A stretch of 64,000 nt of DNA from Eledone cirrhosa (taxonomy: Eukaryota), in NCBI GenBank assembly GCA_964016885.1, contig OZ024741.1:31930001-31994000 (forward strand), in the 5' to 3' direction. A program made the position numbers and the translations under genes. Positions 31,561 to 45,249 of the stretch are shown here, one piece after another. Below the pieces are notes generated by a model. It ran no database searches, had not been told where the DNA came from, and saw only the letters and a program-made list of their open reading frames with translations. How positions within the stretch are numbered: position 1 is the stretch's first letter; every line of letters begins with the position of its first letter.

Positions 31561-33899
31561 ACACCAACACCAGTATCGTCAAATACCTCACTCTGACACC
31601 AACACCAGTATCGTCAAGATACCTCACTCTGACACCAACGCCAGTATCGTCAGGATACCTCACTCTGACAACATCACCAGTATCGTCAAGATACCTCATT
31701 CTGACACCAACACCAGTATCGTCAAGATACCTCACTCTGACACCAACACCAGTATCGTCAAGATACCTCACTCTGACACCAACACCAGTATCGTCAAGAT
31801 ACCTCACTCTGACACCAACACCAGTATCGTCAAGATACCTCACTCTGACACCAACACCAGTATCGTCAAGATACCTCACTCTGACAACATCACCAGTAGC
31901 GTCAAGATACCTCACTCTGACACCAACACCAGTATCGTCAAGATACCTCACTCTGACAACATCACCAGTATCGTCAAGATACTTCACTCTGACACCAACA
32001 CCAGTATCGTCAAGATACCTCACTCTGACACCATCACCAGTAGCGTCAAGATACCTCACTCTGACACCAACACCAGTATCGTCAAGATACCTCACTCTGA
32101 CACCAACACCAGTATCGTCAAGATACCTCATTCTGACACCAACACCAGTATCGTCAAGATACCTCACTCTGACACCAACACCAGTATCGTCAAGATACCT
32201 CACTCTGACAACATCACCAGTAGCGTCAAGATACCTCACTCTGACACCAACACCAGTATCGTCAAGATACCTCACTCTGACACCAACACCAGTATCGTCA
32301 AGATACCTCACCCTGACACCAACACCAGTATCGTCAAGATACCTCACTCTGACACCAACACCAGTATCGTCAAGATACCTCACTCTGACAACATCACCAA
32401 TATCGTCAAGATACCTCACTCTGACAACATCACCAATATCGTCAAGATACCTCACTCTGACACCAACACCAGTATCGTCAAGATACCTCACTCTGACACC
32501 AACACCAGTATCGTCAAGATACCTCACTCTGACAACATCACCAATATCGTCAAGATACCTCACTCTGACACCAACACCAGTATCGTCAAGATACCTCGCT
32601 CTGACACCAACACCAGTATCGTCTGGATACCTCAGCCTGACACCAACACCAGTATCGTCAAATACCTCACTCTGACAACATCACCAGTATCATCAGGATA
32701 CCTCACCCTGACACCAACACCAGTATCGTCAAGATACCTCACCCTGACACCAACACCAGTATCGTCAAGATACCTCACTTTGACAACATCACCAGTATCG
32801 TCAAGATACCTCACCCTGACACCAACACCAGTATCGTCAAGATACCTCACTCTGACACCAATCCCAGTATCGTCAAGATACCTCACCCTGACACCAACAC
32901 CAGTATCGTCAAGATACCTCACTCTGACACCAACCCCAGTATCGTCAAGATACCTCACTCTGACAACATCACCAATATCGTCAAGATACCTCACTCTGAC
33001 ACCAACACCAGTATCGTCAAGATACCTCGCTCTGACACCAACACCAGTATCGTCTGGATACCTCAGCCTGACACCAACACCAGTATCGTCAAATACCTCA
33101 CTCTGACAACATCACCAGTATCATCAGGATACCTCACCCTGACACCAACACCAGTATCGTCAAGATACCTCACCCTGACACCAACACCAGTATCGTCAAG
33201 ATACCTCACTTTGACAACATCACCAGTATCGTCAAGATACCTCACCCTGACACCAACACCAGTATCGTCAAGATACCTCACTCTGACACCAATCCCAGTA
33301 TCGTCAAGATACCTCACTCTGACAACATCACCAGTATCGTCAGGATACCTCACTCTGACACCAACACCAGTATCGTCAAGATACCTCACTCTGACAACAT
33401 CACCAGTAACGTCAAGATACCTCACTCTGACAACATCACCAATATCGTCAAGATACCTCACTCTGACACCAACACCAGTATCGTCAAGATACCTCACTCT
33501 GACACCAACACCAGTATCGTCAAGATACCTCACTCTGACACCAACACCAGTATCGTCAAGATACCTCACTCTGACAACATCACCAGTATCGTTAAGATAC
33601 CTCAGCCTGACACCAACACCAGTATCGTCAAGATACCTCACTCTGACACCAACACCAGTATCGTCAAGATACCTCACCCTGACACCAACACCAGTATCGT
33701 CAGCATACCTCACCCTGACATCAACACCAGTATCGTCAGGATACCTCACTCTGACACCAACCCCAGTATCGTCAAGATACATAACTCTGACACCAACACC
33801 AGTATCGTCAAGATACCTCACTCTGACACCAACCCCAGTATCGTCAAGATACCTCACCCTGACACCAACACCAGTATCGTCAAGATACCTCACCCTGAC

Positions 33900-36800
33900 A
33901 CCAACACCAGTATCGTCAGGATACCTCACCCTGACATCAACACCAGTATCGTCAGGATACCTCACCCTGACATCAACACCAGTATCGTCAGGATACCTCA
34001 CCCTGACATCAACACAAGTATCGTCAGGATACCTCACCCTGACATCAACACCAGTATCGTCAAGATACCTCACTCTGACACCAACACCAGTATCGTCAAG
34101 ATACATAACTCTGACACCAACACCAGTATCGTCAAGATACCTCACTCTGACACCAACACCAGTATCGTCAAGATACCTCACTCTGACACCAACACCAGTA
34201 TCGTCAAGATACCTCACTCTGACAACATCACCAATATCGTCAAGATACCTCACTCTGACACCAACACCAGTATCGTCAAGATACCTTACTCTGACACCAA
34301 CACCAGTATCATCAAGATACCCCACTCTGACAACATCACCAATATCGTCAAGATACCTCACTCTGACAACATCACCAATATCGTCAAGATACCTCACTCT
34401 GACAACATCACCAGTATCGTCAAGATATCTCACTCTGACACCAACACCAGTATCGTCAAGATACCTCACTCTGACAACATCACCAGTATCGTCAGGATAC
34501 CTCACTCTGACACCAACACCAGTATCGTCAAGATACCTCACTCTAACAACATCACCAGTAACGTCAAGATACCTCACTCTGACACCAACACCAGTATCGT
34601 CAAGATACCTCACTCTGACACCAACACCAGTATCGTCAAGATACCTCACTCTGACACCAACCCCAGTATCGTCAAGATACCTCACTCTGACACCAACACC
34701 AGTATCGTCAAGATACCTCACTCTGACACCAACACCAGTATCGTCAAGATACCTCACTCTGACACCAACACCAGTATCGTCAAGATACCTCACCCTGACA
34801 CCAACACCAGTACCGTCAAGATACCTCACCCTGACACCAACACCAGTATCGTCAAGGTACCTCACTCTGACACCAACACCAGTATCGTCAAGATACCTCA
34901 CTCTGACACCAACAACAGTATCGTCAAGATACCTCACCCTGACACCAACACCAGTATCGTCAAGATACCTCACTCTGACACCAACACCAGTATCGTCAAG
35001 ATACCTCACTCTGACACCAACACCAGTATCGTCAAGATACCTCACTCTGACACCAACACCAGTATCGTCAAGATACCTCACTCTGACACCAACACCAGTA
35101 TCGTCAAGATACCTCACCCTGACACCAACACCAGTATCGTCAAGATACCTCACTCTGACACCAACACCAGTATCGTCAAGATACATCACCCTGACACCAA
35201 CACCAGTATCGTCAAGATACCTCACTCTGACAACATCACCAATATCGTCAAGATACCTCACTCTGACAACATCACCAATATCGTCAAGATACCTCACTCT
35301 GACACCAACACCAGTATCGTCAAGATACCTCACTCTGACACCAACACCAGTATCGTCAAGATACCTTACCCTGACACCAACACCAGTATCGTCAAGATAC
35401 CTCACTCTGACAACATCACCAATATCGTCAAGATACCTCACTCTGACAACATCACCAATATCGTCAGGATACCTCACCCTGACACCAACACCAGTATCGT
35501 CAGGATACCTCACCCTGACATCAACACCAGTATCGTCAGGATACCTCACCCTGACATCAACACCAGTATCGTCAGGATACCTCACCCTGACATCAACACA
35601 AGTATCGTCAGGATACCTCACCCTGACATCAACACCAGTATCGTCAAGATACCTCACTCTGACACCAACACCAGTATCGTCAAGATACATAACTCTGACA
35701 CCAACACCAGTATCGTCAAGATACCTCACTCTGACACCAACACCAGTATCGTCAAGATACCTCACTCTGACACCAACACCAGTATCGTCAAGATACCTCA
35801 CTCTGACAACATCACCAATATCGTCAAGATACCTCACTCTGACACCAACACCAGTATCGTCAAGATACCTTACTCTGACACCAACACCAGTATCATCAAG
35901 ATACCTCACTCTGACAACATCACCAATATCGTCAAGATACCTCACTCTGACAACATCACCAATATCGTCAAGATACCTCACTCTGACAACATCACCAGTA
36001 TCGTCAAGATATCTCACTCTGACACCAACACCAGTATCGTCAAGATACCTCACTCTGACAACATCACCAGTATCGTCAGGATACCTCACTCTGACACCAA
36101 CACCAGTATCGTCAAGATACCTCACTCTAACAACATCACCAGTAACGTCAAGATACCTCACTCTGACACCAACACCAGTATCGTCAAGATACCTCACTCT
36201 GACACCAACACCAGTATCGTCAAGATACCTCACTCTGACACCAACCCCAGTATCGTCAAGATACCTCACTCTGACACCAACACCAGTATCGTCAAGATAC
36301 CTCACTCTGACACCAACACCAGTATCGTCAAGATACCTCACTCTGACACCAACACCAGTATCGTCAAGATACCTCACCCTGACACCAACACCAGTACCGT
36401 CAAGATACCTCACCCTGACACCAACACCAGTATCGTCAAGGTACCTCACTCTGACACCAACACCAGTATCGTCAAGATACCTCACTCTGACACCAACAAC
36501 AGTATCGTCAAGATACCTCACCCTGACACCAACACCAGTATCGTCAAGATACCTCACTCTGACACCAACACCAGTATCGTCAAGATACCTCACTCTGACA
36601 CCAACACCAGTATCGTCAAGATACCTCACTCTGACACCAACACCAGTATCGTCAAGATACCTCACTCTGACACCAACACCAGTATCGTCAAGATACCTCA
36701 CCCTGACACCAACACCAGTATCGTCAAGATACCTCACTCTGACACCAACACCAGTATCGTCAAGATACCTCACCCTGACACCAACACCAGTATCGTCAAG

Positions 36801-37060
36801 ATACCTCACTCTGACAACATCACCAATATCGTCAAGATACCTCACTCTGACAACATCACCAATATCGTCAAGATACCTCACTCTGACACCAACACCAGTA
36901 TCGTCAAGATACCTCACTCTGACACCAACACCAGTATCGTCAAGATACCTTACCCTGACACCAACACCAGTATCGTCAAGATACCTCACTCTGACAACAT
37001 CACCAATATCGTCAAGATACCTCACTCTGACAACATCACCAATATCGTCAAGATACCTCA
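33900..37060. repeat. Higher-order tandem duplication, period 1584 bp (44 units)
   Basis: AACACAAGT at 34011 and 35595; GGTACC at 34856 and 36440. Confidence 0.85.
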
Positions 37061-37381
37061 CTCTGACACCAACCCCAGTATCCTCAAGATACCTCACCCT
37101 GACACCAACACCAGTATCGTCAAGATACCTCACTCTGACACCAACACCAGTATCGTCAAGATACCTCACTCTGACACCAACACCAGTATCGTCAAGATAC
37201 CGCACTCTGACACCAACACCAGTATCGTCAAGATACCTCACTCTGACACCAACACCAGTATCGTCAAGATACCTCACTCTGACAACATCACCAGTATCGT
37301 CAAGAAACTTCACTCTGACACCAACACCAGTATCGTCAAGATACCTCACTCTGACACCAACACCAGTATCGTCAAGATACC

Positions 37382-40300
37382 TCACTCTGACACCAACACC
37401 AGTATCGTCAAATACCTCACTCTGACACCAACACCAGTATCGTCAAGATACCTCACTCTGACACCAACACCAGTATCGTCAAGATACCTCACTCTGACAA
37501 CATCACCAGTATCGTCAAGATACCTCACTCTGACACCAACACCAGTATCGTCAAGATACCTCACTCTGACACCAACACCAGTATCGTCAAGATACCTCAC
37601 TCTGACAACATCACCAGTATCGTCAAGATACCTCACTCTGACACCAACACCAGTATCGTCAAGATACCCCACTCTGACACCAACACCAGTATCGTCAAGA
37701 TACCTCACTCTGACACCATCACCAGTATCGTCAAGATACCTCACTCTGAAACCATCACCAGTATCGCCAAGATACCTCACTCTGACAACATCACCAGTAT
37801 CGTCAAGATACCTCACGCTGACACCAACACCAGTATCGTCAAGATACCTCACTCTGACACCAACACCAGTATCGTCAAGATATCTCACTCTGACACCATC
37901 ACCAGTATCGTCAAGATACCTCACTCTGACACCATCACCAGTATCGTCAAGATACCTCACTCTGACAACATCCCCAGTATCGTCAAGATACCTCACCCTG
38001 ACACCAACACCAATATCGTCAAGATACATCACTCTGACAACATCACCAGTATCGTCAAGATACCTCACTTTGACAATATCACCAGTATCGTCAAGATACC
38101 TCACTCTGACACCAACACCAGTATCGTCAAGATACCTCACTCTGACAACATCACCAGTAGCGTCAAGATACCTCACTCTGACACCAACACCAGTATCGTC
38201 AAGATACCTCACTCTGACACCAACACCAGTATCGTCAAGATACCTCACTCTGACACCGACACCAGTATCGTCAAGATACCTCACTCTGACACCAACACCA
38301 GTATCGTCAAGATACCTCACTCTGACAACATCACCAGTAGCGTCAAGATACCTCACTCTGACACCAACACCAGTATCGTCAAGATACCTCACTCTGACAC
38401 CAACACCAGTATCGTCAAGATACCTCACCCTGACACCAACACCAGTATCGTCAAGATACCTCACTCTGACACCAACACCAGTATCGTCAAGATACCTCAC
38501 TCTGACAACATCACCAATATCGTCAAGATACCTCACTCTGACAACAACACCAATATCGTCAAGATACCTCACTCTGACACCAACACCAGTATCGTCAAGA
38601 TACCTCACTCTGACACCAACACCAGTATCGTCAAGATACCTCACCCTGACACCAACACCAGTATCGTCAAGATACCTCACTCTGACAACATCACCAATAT
38701 CGTCAAGATACCTCACTCTGACAACATCACCAATATCGTCAAGATACCTCACTCTGACATCAACCCCAGTATCGTCAAGATACCTCACCCTGACACCAAC
38801 ACCAGTATCGTCAAGATACCTCACTCTGACACCAACACCAGTATCGTCAAGATACCTCACTCTGACACCAACACCAGTATCGTCAAGATACCTCACTCTG
38901 ACACCAACACCAGTATCGTCAAGATACCTCACTCTGACACCAACACCAGTATCGTCAAGATACCTCACTCTGACAACATCACCAGTATCGTCAAGATACT
39001 TCACTCTGACACCAACACCAGTATCGTCAAGATACCTCACTCTGACACCAACACCAGTATCGTCAAGATACCTCACTCTGACACCAACACCAGTATCGTC
39101 AGGATACCTCACTCTGACACCAACACCAGTATCGTCAAGATACCTCACTCTGACACCAACACCAGTATCGTCAAGATACCTCACTCTGACACCAACACCA
39201 GTATCGTCAAGATACCTCACTCTGACACCAACACCAGTATCGTCAAATACCTCACTCTGTCACCAACACCAGTATCGTCAAGATACCTCACTCTGACACC
39301 AACGCCAGTATCGTCAGGATACCTCACTCTGACAACATCACCAGTATCGTCAAGATACCTCACTCTGACACCAACACCAGTATCGTCAAGATACCTCACT
39401 CTGACACCAACACCAGTATCGTCAAGATACCTCACTCTGACAACATCACCAGTATCGTCAAGATACCTCACTCTGACACCAACACCAGTATCGTCAAGAT
39501 ACCTCTCTCTGACACCAACACCAGTATCGGCAAGATACCTCACTCTGACACAATCACCAGTATCGTCAAGATACCTCACTCTGACACCATCACCAGTATC
39601 GTCAAGATACCTCACTCTGACAACATCACCAGTATCGTCAAGATACCTCACTCTGACACCAACACCAGTATCGTCAAGATACCTCACTCTGACACCAACA
39701 CCAGTATCGTCAAGATATCTCACTCTGACACCATCACCAGTATCGTCAAGATACCTCACTCTGACACCATCACCAGTATCGTCAAGATACCTCACTCTGA
39801 CACCATCACCAGTATCGTCAAGATACCTCACTCTGACACCAACACCAGTATCGTCAAGATACCTCACTCTGACACCATCACCAGTATCGTCAAGATACCT
39901 CACTCTGACAACATCACCAGTATCGTCAAGATACCTCACGCTGACACCAACACCAGTATCGTCAAGATACCTCACTCTGACACCAACACCAGTATCGTCA
40001 AGATATCTCACTCTGACACCATCAACAGTATCGTCAAGATACCTCACTCTGACACCAACACCAGTATCGTCAAGATACCTCACTCTGACACCATCACCAG
40101 TATCGTCAAGATACCTCACTCTGACAACATCCCCAGTATCGTCAAGATACCTCACCCTGACACCAACACCAATATCGTCAAGATACATCACTCTGACAAC
40201 ATCACCAGTATCGTCAAGATACCTCACTCAGACAATATCACCAGTATCGTCAAGATACCTCACTCTGACACCAACACCAGTATCGTCAAGATACCTCACT

Positions 40301-42250
40301 CTGACAACATCACCAGTAGCGTCAAGATACCTCACTCTGACACCAACACCAGTATCGTCAAGATACCTCACTCTGACACCAACACCAGTATCGTCAAGAT
40401 ACCTCACTCTGACACCAACACCAGTATCGTCAACATACCTCACTCTGACACCAACACCAGTATCGTCAAGATACCTCACTCTGACAACATCACCAGTAGC
40501 GTCAAGATACCTCACTCTGACACCAACACCAGTATCGTCAAGATACCTCACTCTGACACCAACACCAGTATCGTCAAGATACCTCACCCTGACACCAACA
40601 CCAGTATCGTCAAGATACCTCACTCTGACACCAACACCAGTATCGTCAAGATACCTCACTCTGACAACATCACCAATATCGTCAAGATACCTCACTCTGA
40701 CAACATCACCAATATCGTCAAGATACCTCACTCTGACACCAACACCAGTATCGTCAAGATACCTCACTCTGACACCAACACCAGTATCGTCAAGATACCT
40801 CACCCTGACACCAACACCAGTATCGTCAAGATACCTCACTCTGACAACATCACCAATATCGTCAAGATACCTCACTCTGACAACATCACCAATATCGTCA
40901 AGATACCTCACTCTGACATCAACCCCAGTATCGTCAAGATACCTCACCCTGACACCAACACCAGTATCGTCAAGATACCTCACTCTGACACCAACACCAG
41001 TATCGTCAAGATACCTCACTCTGACACCAACACCAGTATCGTCAAGATACCTCACTCTGACACCAACACCAGTATCGTCAAGATACCTCACTCTGACACC
41101 AACACCAGTATCGTCAAGATACCTCACTCTGACAACATCACCAGTATCGTCAAGATACTTCACTCTGACACCAACACCAGTATCGTCAAGATACCTCACT
41201 CTGACACCAACACCAGTATCGTCAGGATACCTCACTCTGACACCAACACCAGTATCGTCAAGATACCTCACTCTGACACCAACACCAGTATCGTCAAGAT
41301 ACCTCACTCTGACACCAACACCAGTATCGTCAAGATACCTCACTCTGACACCAACACCAGTATCGTCAAATACCTCACTCTGACACCAACACCAGTATCG
41401 TCAAGATACCTCACTCTGACACCAACGCCAGTATCGTCAGGATTCCTCACTCTGACAACATCACCAGTATCGTCAAGATACCTCACTCTGACACCAACAC
41501 CAGTATCGTCAAGATACCTCACTCTGACACCAACACCAGTATCGTCAAGATACCTCACTCTGACACCAACACCAGTATCGTCAAGATACCTCACTCTGAC
41601 ACCAACACCAGTATCGTCAAGATACCTCACTCTGACACCAACACCAGTATCGTCAAGATACCTCACTCTGACAACATCACCAGTAGCGTCAAGATACCTC
41701 ACTCTGACACCAACACCAGTATCGTCAAGATACCTCACTCTGACAACATCACCAGTATCGTCAAGATACTTCACTCTGACACCAACACCAGTATCGTCAA
41801 GATACCTCACTCTGACACCATCACCAGTAGCGTCAAGATACCTCACTCTGACACCAACACCAGTATCGTCAAGATACCTCACTCTGACACCAACACCAGT
41901 ATCGTCAAGATACCTCATTCTGACACCAACACCAGTATCGTCAAGATACCTCACTCTGGCACCAACACCAGTATCGTCAAGATACCTCACTCTGACAACA
42001 TCACCAGTAGCGTCAAGATACCTCACTCTGACACCAACACCAGTATCGTCAAGATACCTCACTCTGACACCAACACCAGTATCGTCAAGATACCTCACCC
42101 TGACACCAACACCAGTATCGTCAAGATACCTCACTCTGACACCAACACCAGTATCGTCAAGATACCTCACTCTGACAACATCACCAATATCGTCAAGATA
42201 CCTCACTCTGACAACATCACCAATATCGTCAAGATACCTCACTCTGACAC
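37382..42250. repeat. Dispersed copy of the 25436-32450 block lacking one 2159-bp module
   Basis: Offset 11946 for ORF ends 25436/37382 and 27271/39217 (the two 612-aa translations match). Offset 9787 for 29430/39217, 30441/40228 and 31553/41340. The two offsets differ by exactly 2159. Confidence 0.85.
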
Positions 42251-45249
42251 CAACACCAGTATCGTCAAGATACCTCACTCTGACACCAACACCAGTATCG
42301 TCAAGATACCTCACCCTGACACCAACACCAGTATCGTCAAGATACCTCACTCTGACAACATCACCAATATCGTCAAGATACCTCACTCTGACAACATCAC
42401 CAATATCGTCAAGATACCTCACTCTGACATCAACCCCAGTATCGTCAAGATACCTCACCCTGACACCAACACCAGTATCGTCAAGATACCTCAATCTGAC
42501 ACCAACACCAGTATCGTCAAGATACCTCACTCTGACACCAACACCAGTATCGTCAAGATACCTCACTCTGACACCAACACCAGTATCGTCAAGATACCTC
42601 ACTCTGACACCAACACCAGTATCGTCAAGATACCTCACTCTGACAACATCACCAGTATCGTCAAGATACTTCACTCTGACACCAACACCAGTATCGTCAA
42701 GATACCTCACTCTGACACCAACACCAGTATCGTCAAGATACCTCACTCTGACACCAACACCAGTATCGTCAGGATACCTCACTCTGACACCAACACCAGT
42801 ATCGTCAAGATACCTCACTCTGACACCAACACCAGTATCGTCAAGATACCTCACTCTGACACCAACACCAGTATCGTCAAGATACCTCACTCTGACACCA
42901 ACACCAGTATCGTCAAGATACCTCACTCTGACACCAACACCAGTATCGTCAAATACCTCACTCTGACACCAACACCAGTATCGTCAAGATACCTCACTCT
43001 GACACCAACGCCAGTATCGTCAGGATACCTCACTCTGACAACATCAGCAGTATCGTCAAGATACCTCACCCTGACACCAACACCAGTATCGTCAAGATAC
43101 CTCACTCTGACACCAACACCAGTATCGTCAAGATACCTCACTCTGACACCAACACCAGTATCGTCAAGATACCTCACTCTGACACCAACACCAGTATCGT
43201 CAAGATACCTCACTCTGACACCAACACCAGTATCGTCAAGATACCTCACTCTGACAACATCACCAGTATCGTCAAGATACTTCACTCTGACACCAACACC
43301 AGTATCGTCAAGATACCTCACTCTGACACCAACACCAGTATCGTCAAGATACCTCACTCTGACACCAACACCAGTATCGTCAGGATACCTCACTCTGACA
43401 CCAACACCAGTATCGTCAAGATACCTCACTCTGACACCAACACCAGTATCGTCAAGATACCTCACTCTGACACCAACACCAGTATCGTCAAGATACCTCA
43501 CTCTGACACCAACACCAGTATCGTCAAATACCTCACTCTGACACCAACACCAGTATCGTCAAGATACCTCACTCTGACACCAACACCAGTATCGTCAGGA
43601 TACCTCACTCTGACAACATCACCAGTATCGTCAAGATACCTCACTCTGACACCAACACCAGTATCGTCAAGATACCTCACTCTGACACCAACACCAGTAT
43701 CGTCAAGATACCTCACTCTGACAACATCACCAGTATCGTCAAGATACCTCACTCTGACACCAACACCAGTATCGTCAAGATACCTCTCTCTGACACCAAC
43801 ACCAGTATCGGCAAGATACCTCACTCTGACACAATCACCAGTATCGTCAAGATACCTCACTCTGACACCATCACCAGTATCGTCAAGATACCTCACTCTG
43901 ACAACATCACCAGTATCGTCAAGATACCTCACTCTGACACCAACACCAGTATCGTCAAGATACCTCACTCTGACACCAACACCAGTATCGTCAAGATATC
44001 TCACTCTGACACCATCACCAGTATCGTCAAGATACCTCACTCTGACACCATCACCAGTATCGTCAAGATACCTCACTCTGACACCATCACCAGTATCGTC
44101 AAGATACCTCACTCTGACACCATCACCAGTATCGTCAAGATACCTCACTCTGACAACATCACCAGTATCGTCAAGATACCTCACCCTGACACCAACACCA
44201 ATATCGTCAAGATACATCACTCTGACAACATCACCAGTATCGTCAAGATACCTCACTCTGACAATATCACCAGTATCGTCAAGATACCTCACTCTGACAC
44301 CAACACCAGTATCGTCAAGATACCTCACTCTGACAACATCACCAGTAGCGTCAAGATACCTCACTCTGACACCAACACCAGTATCGTCAAGATACCTCAC
44401 TCTGACACCAACACCAGTATCGTCAAGATACCTCACTCTGACACCAACACCAGTATCGTCAAGATACCTCACTCTGACAACATCACCAGTAGCGTCAAGA
44501 TACCTCACTCTGACACCAACACCAGTATCGTCAAGATACCTCACTCTGACACCAACACCAGTATCGTCAAGATACCTCACTCTGACACCAACACCAGTAT
44601 CGTCAAGATATCTCACTCTGACACCATCACCAGTATCGTCAAGATACCTCACTCTGACACCATCACCAGTATCGTCAAGATACCTCACTCTGACACCGTC
44701 ACCAGTATCGTCAAGATACCTCACTCTGACACCATCACCAGTATCGTCAAGATACCTCACTCTGACAACATCACCAGTATCGTCAAGATACCTCACCCTG
44801 ACACCAACACCAATATCGTCAAGATACATCACTCTGACAACATCACCAGTATCGTCAAGATACCTCACTCTGACAATATCACCAGTATCGTCAAGATAAC
44901 TCACTCTGACACCAACACCAGTATCGTCAAGATACCTCACTCTGACAACATCACCAGTAGCGTCAAGATACCTCACTCTGACACCAACACCAGTATCGTC
45001 AAGATACCTCACTCTGACACCAACACCAGTATCGTCAAGATACCTCACTCTGACACCAACACCAGTATCGTCAAGATACCTCACTCTGACAACATCACCA
45101 GTAGCGTCAAGATACCTCACTCTGACACCAACACCAGTATCGTCAAGATACCTCACTCTGACACCAACACCAGTATCGTCAAGAATCCTCACCCTGACAC
45201 CAACACCAGTATCGTCAAGATACCTCACTCTGACACCAACACCAGTATC

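Larger units (their letters stand above)
1..43530. repeat. Left subfamily domain: contains all 21 copies of the 35-bp deletion monomer (GTCAAGATACC to GTCAAATACC)
   Basis: Deletion seen near 1605, 3584, 6535, 8550, 11321, 13805, 16324, 18808, 22047, 23918, 25465, 27300, 29459, 31582, 32661, 33092, 37411, 39246, 41369, 42952 and 43527. Each matches a minus-strand ORF ending in ILVLVSG or ILVLVSE. Confidence 0.93.

Noticed and set aside
33211-37425. Mucin-like Pro/Thr/Ser protein (TPTPVSSRYLTL)n
   Set aside because: The composition follows from the C/A-rich strand. This frame is broken by frameshifts on the left and by many amplified stop variants right of about 44.9 kb, and there is no signal peptide or mucin domain.
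1576-43501. Dozens of ORF-track 'genes' on both strands
   Set aside because: All are translations of the same 36-mer. Starts are internal GTG/TTG codons of the repeat and ends are set by the recurrent 1-bp deletion or by variant stops (TAA at 5853/13123/18126, TGA at 28282/30441/40228 on the minus strand).
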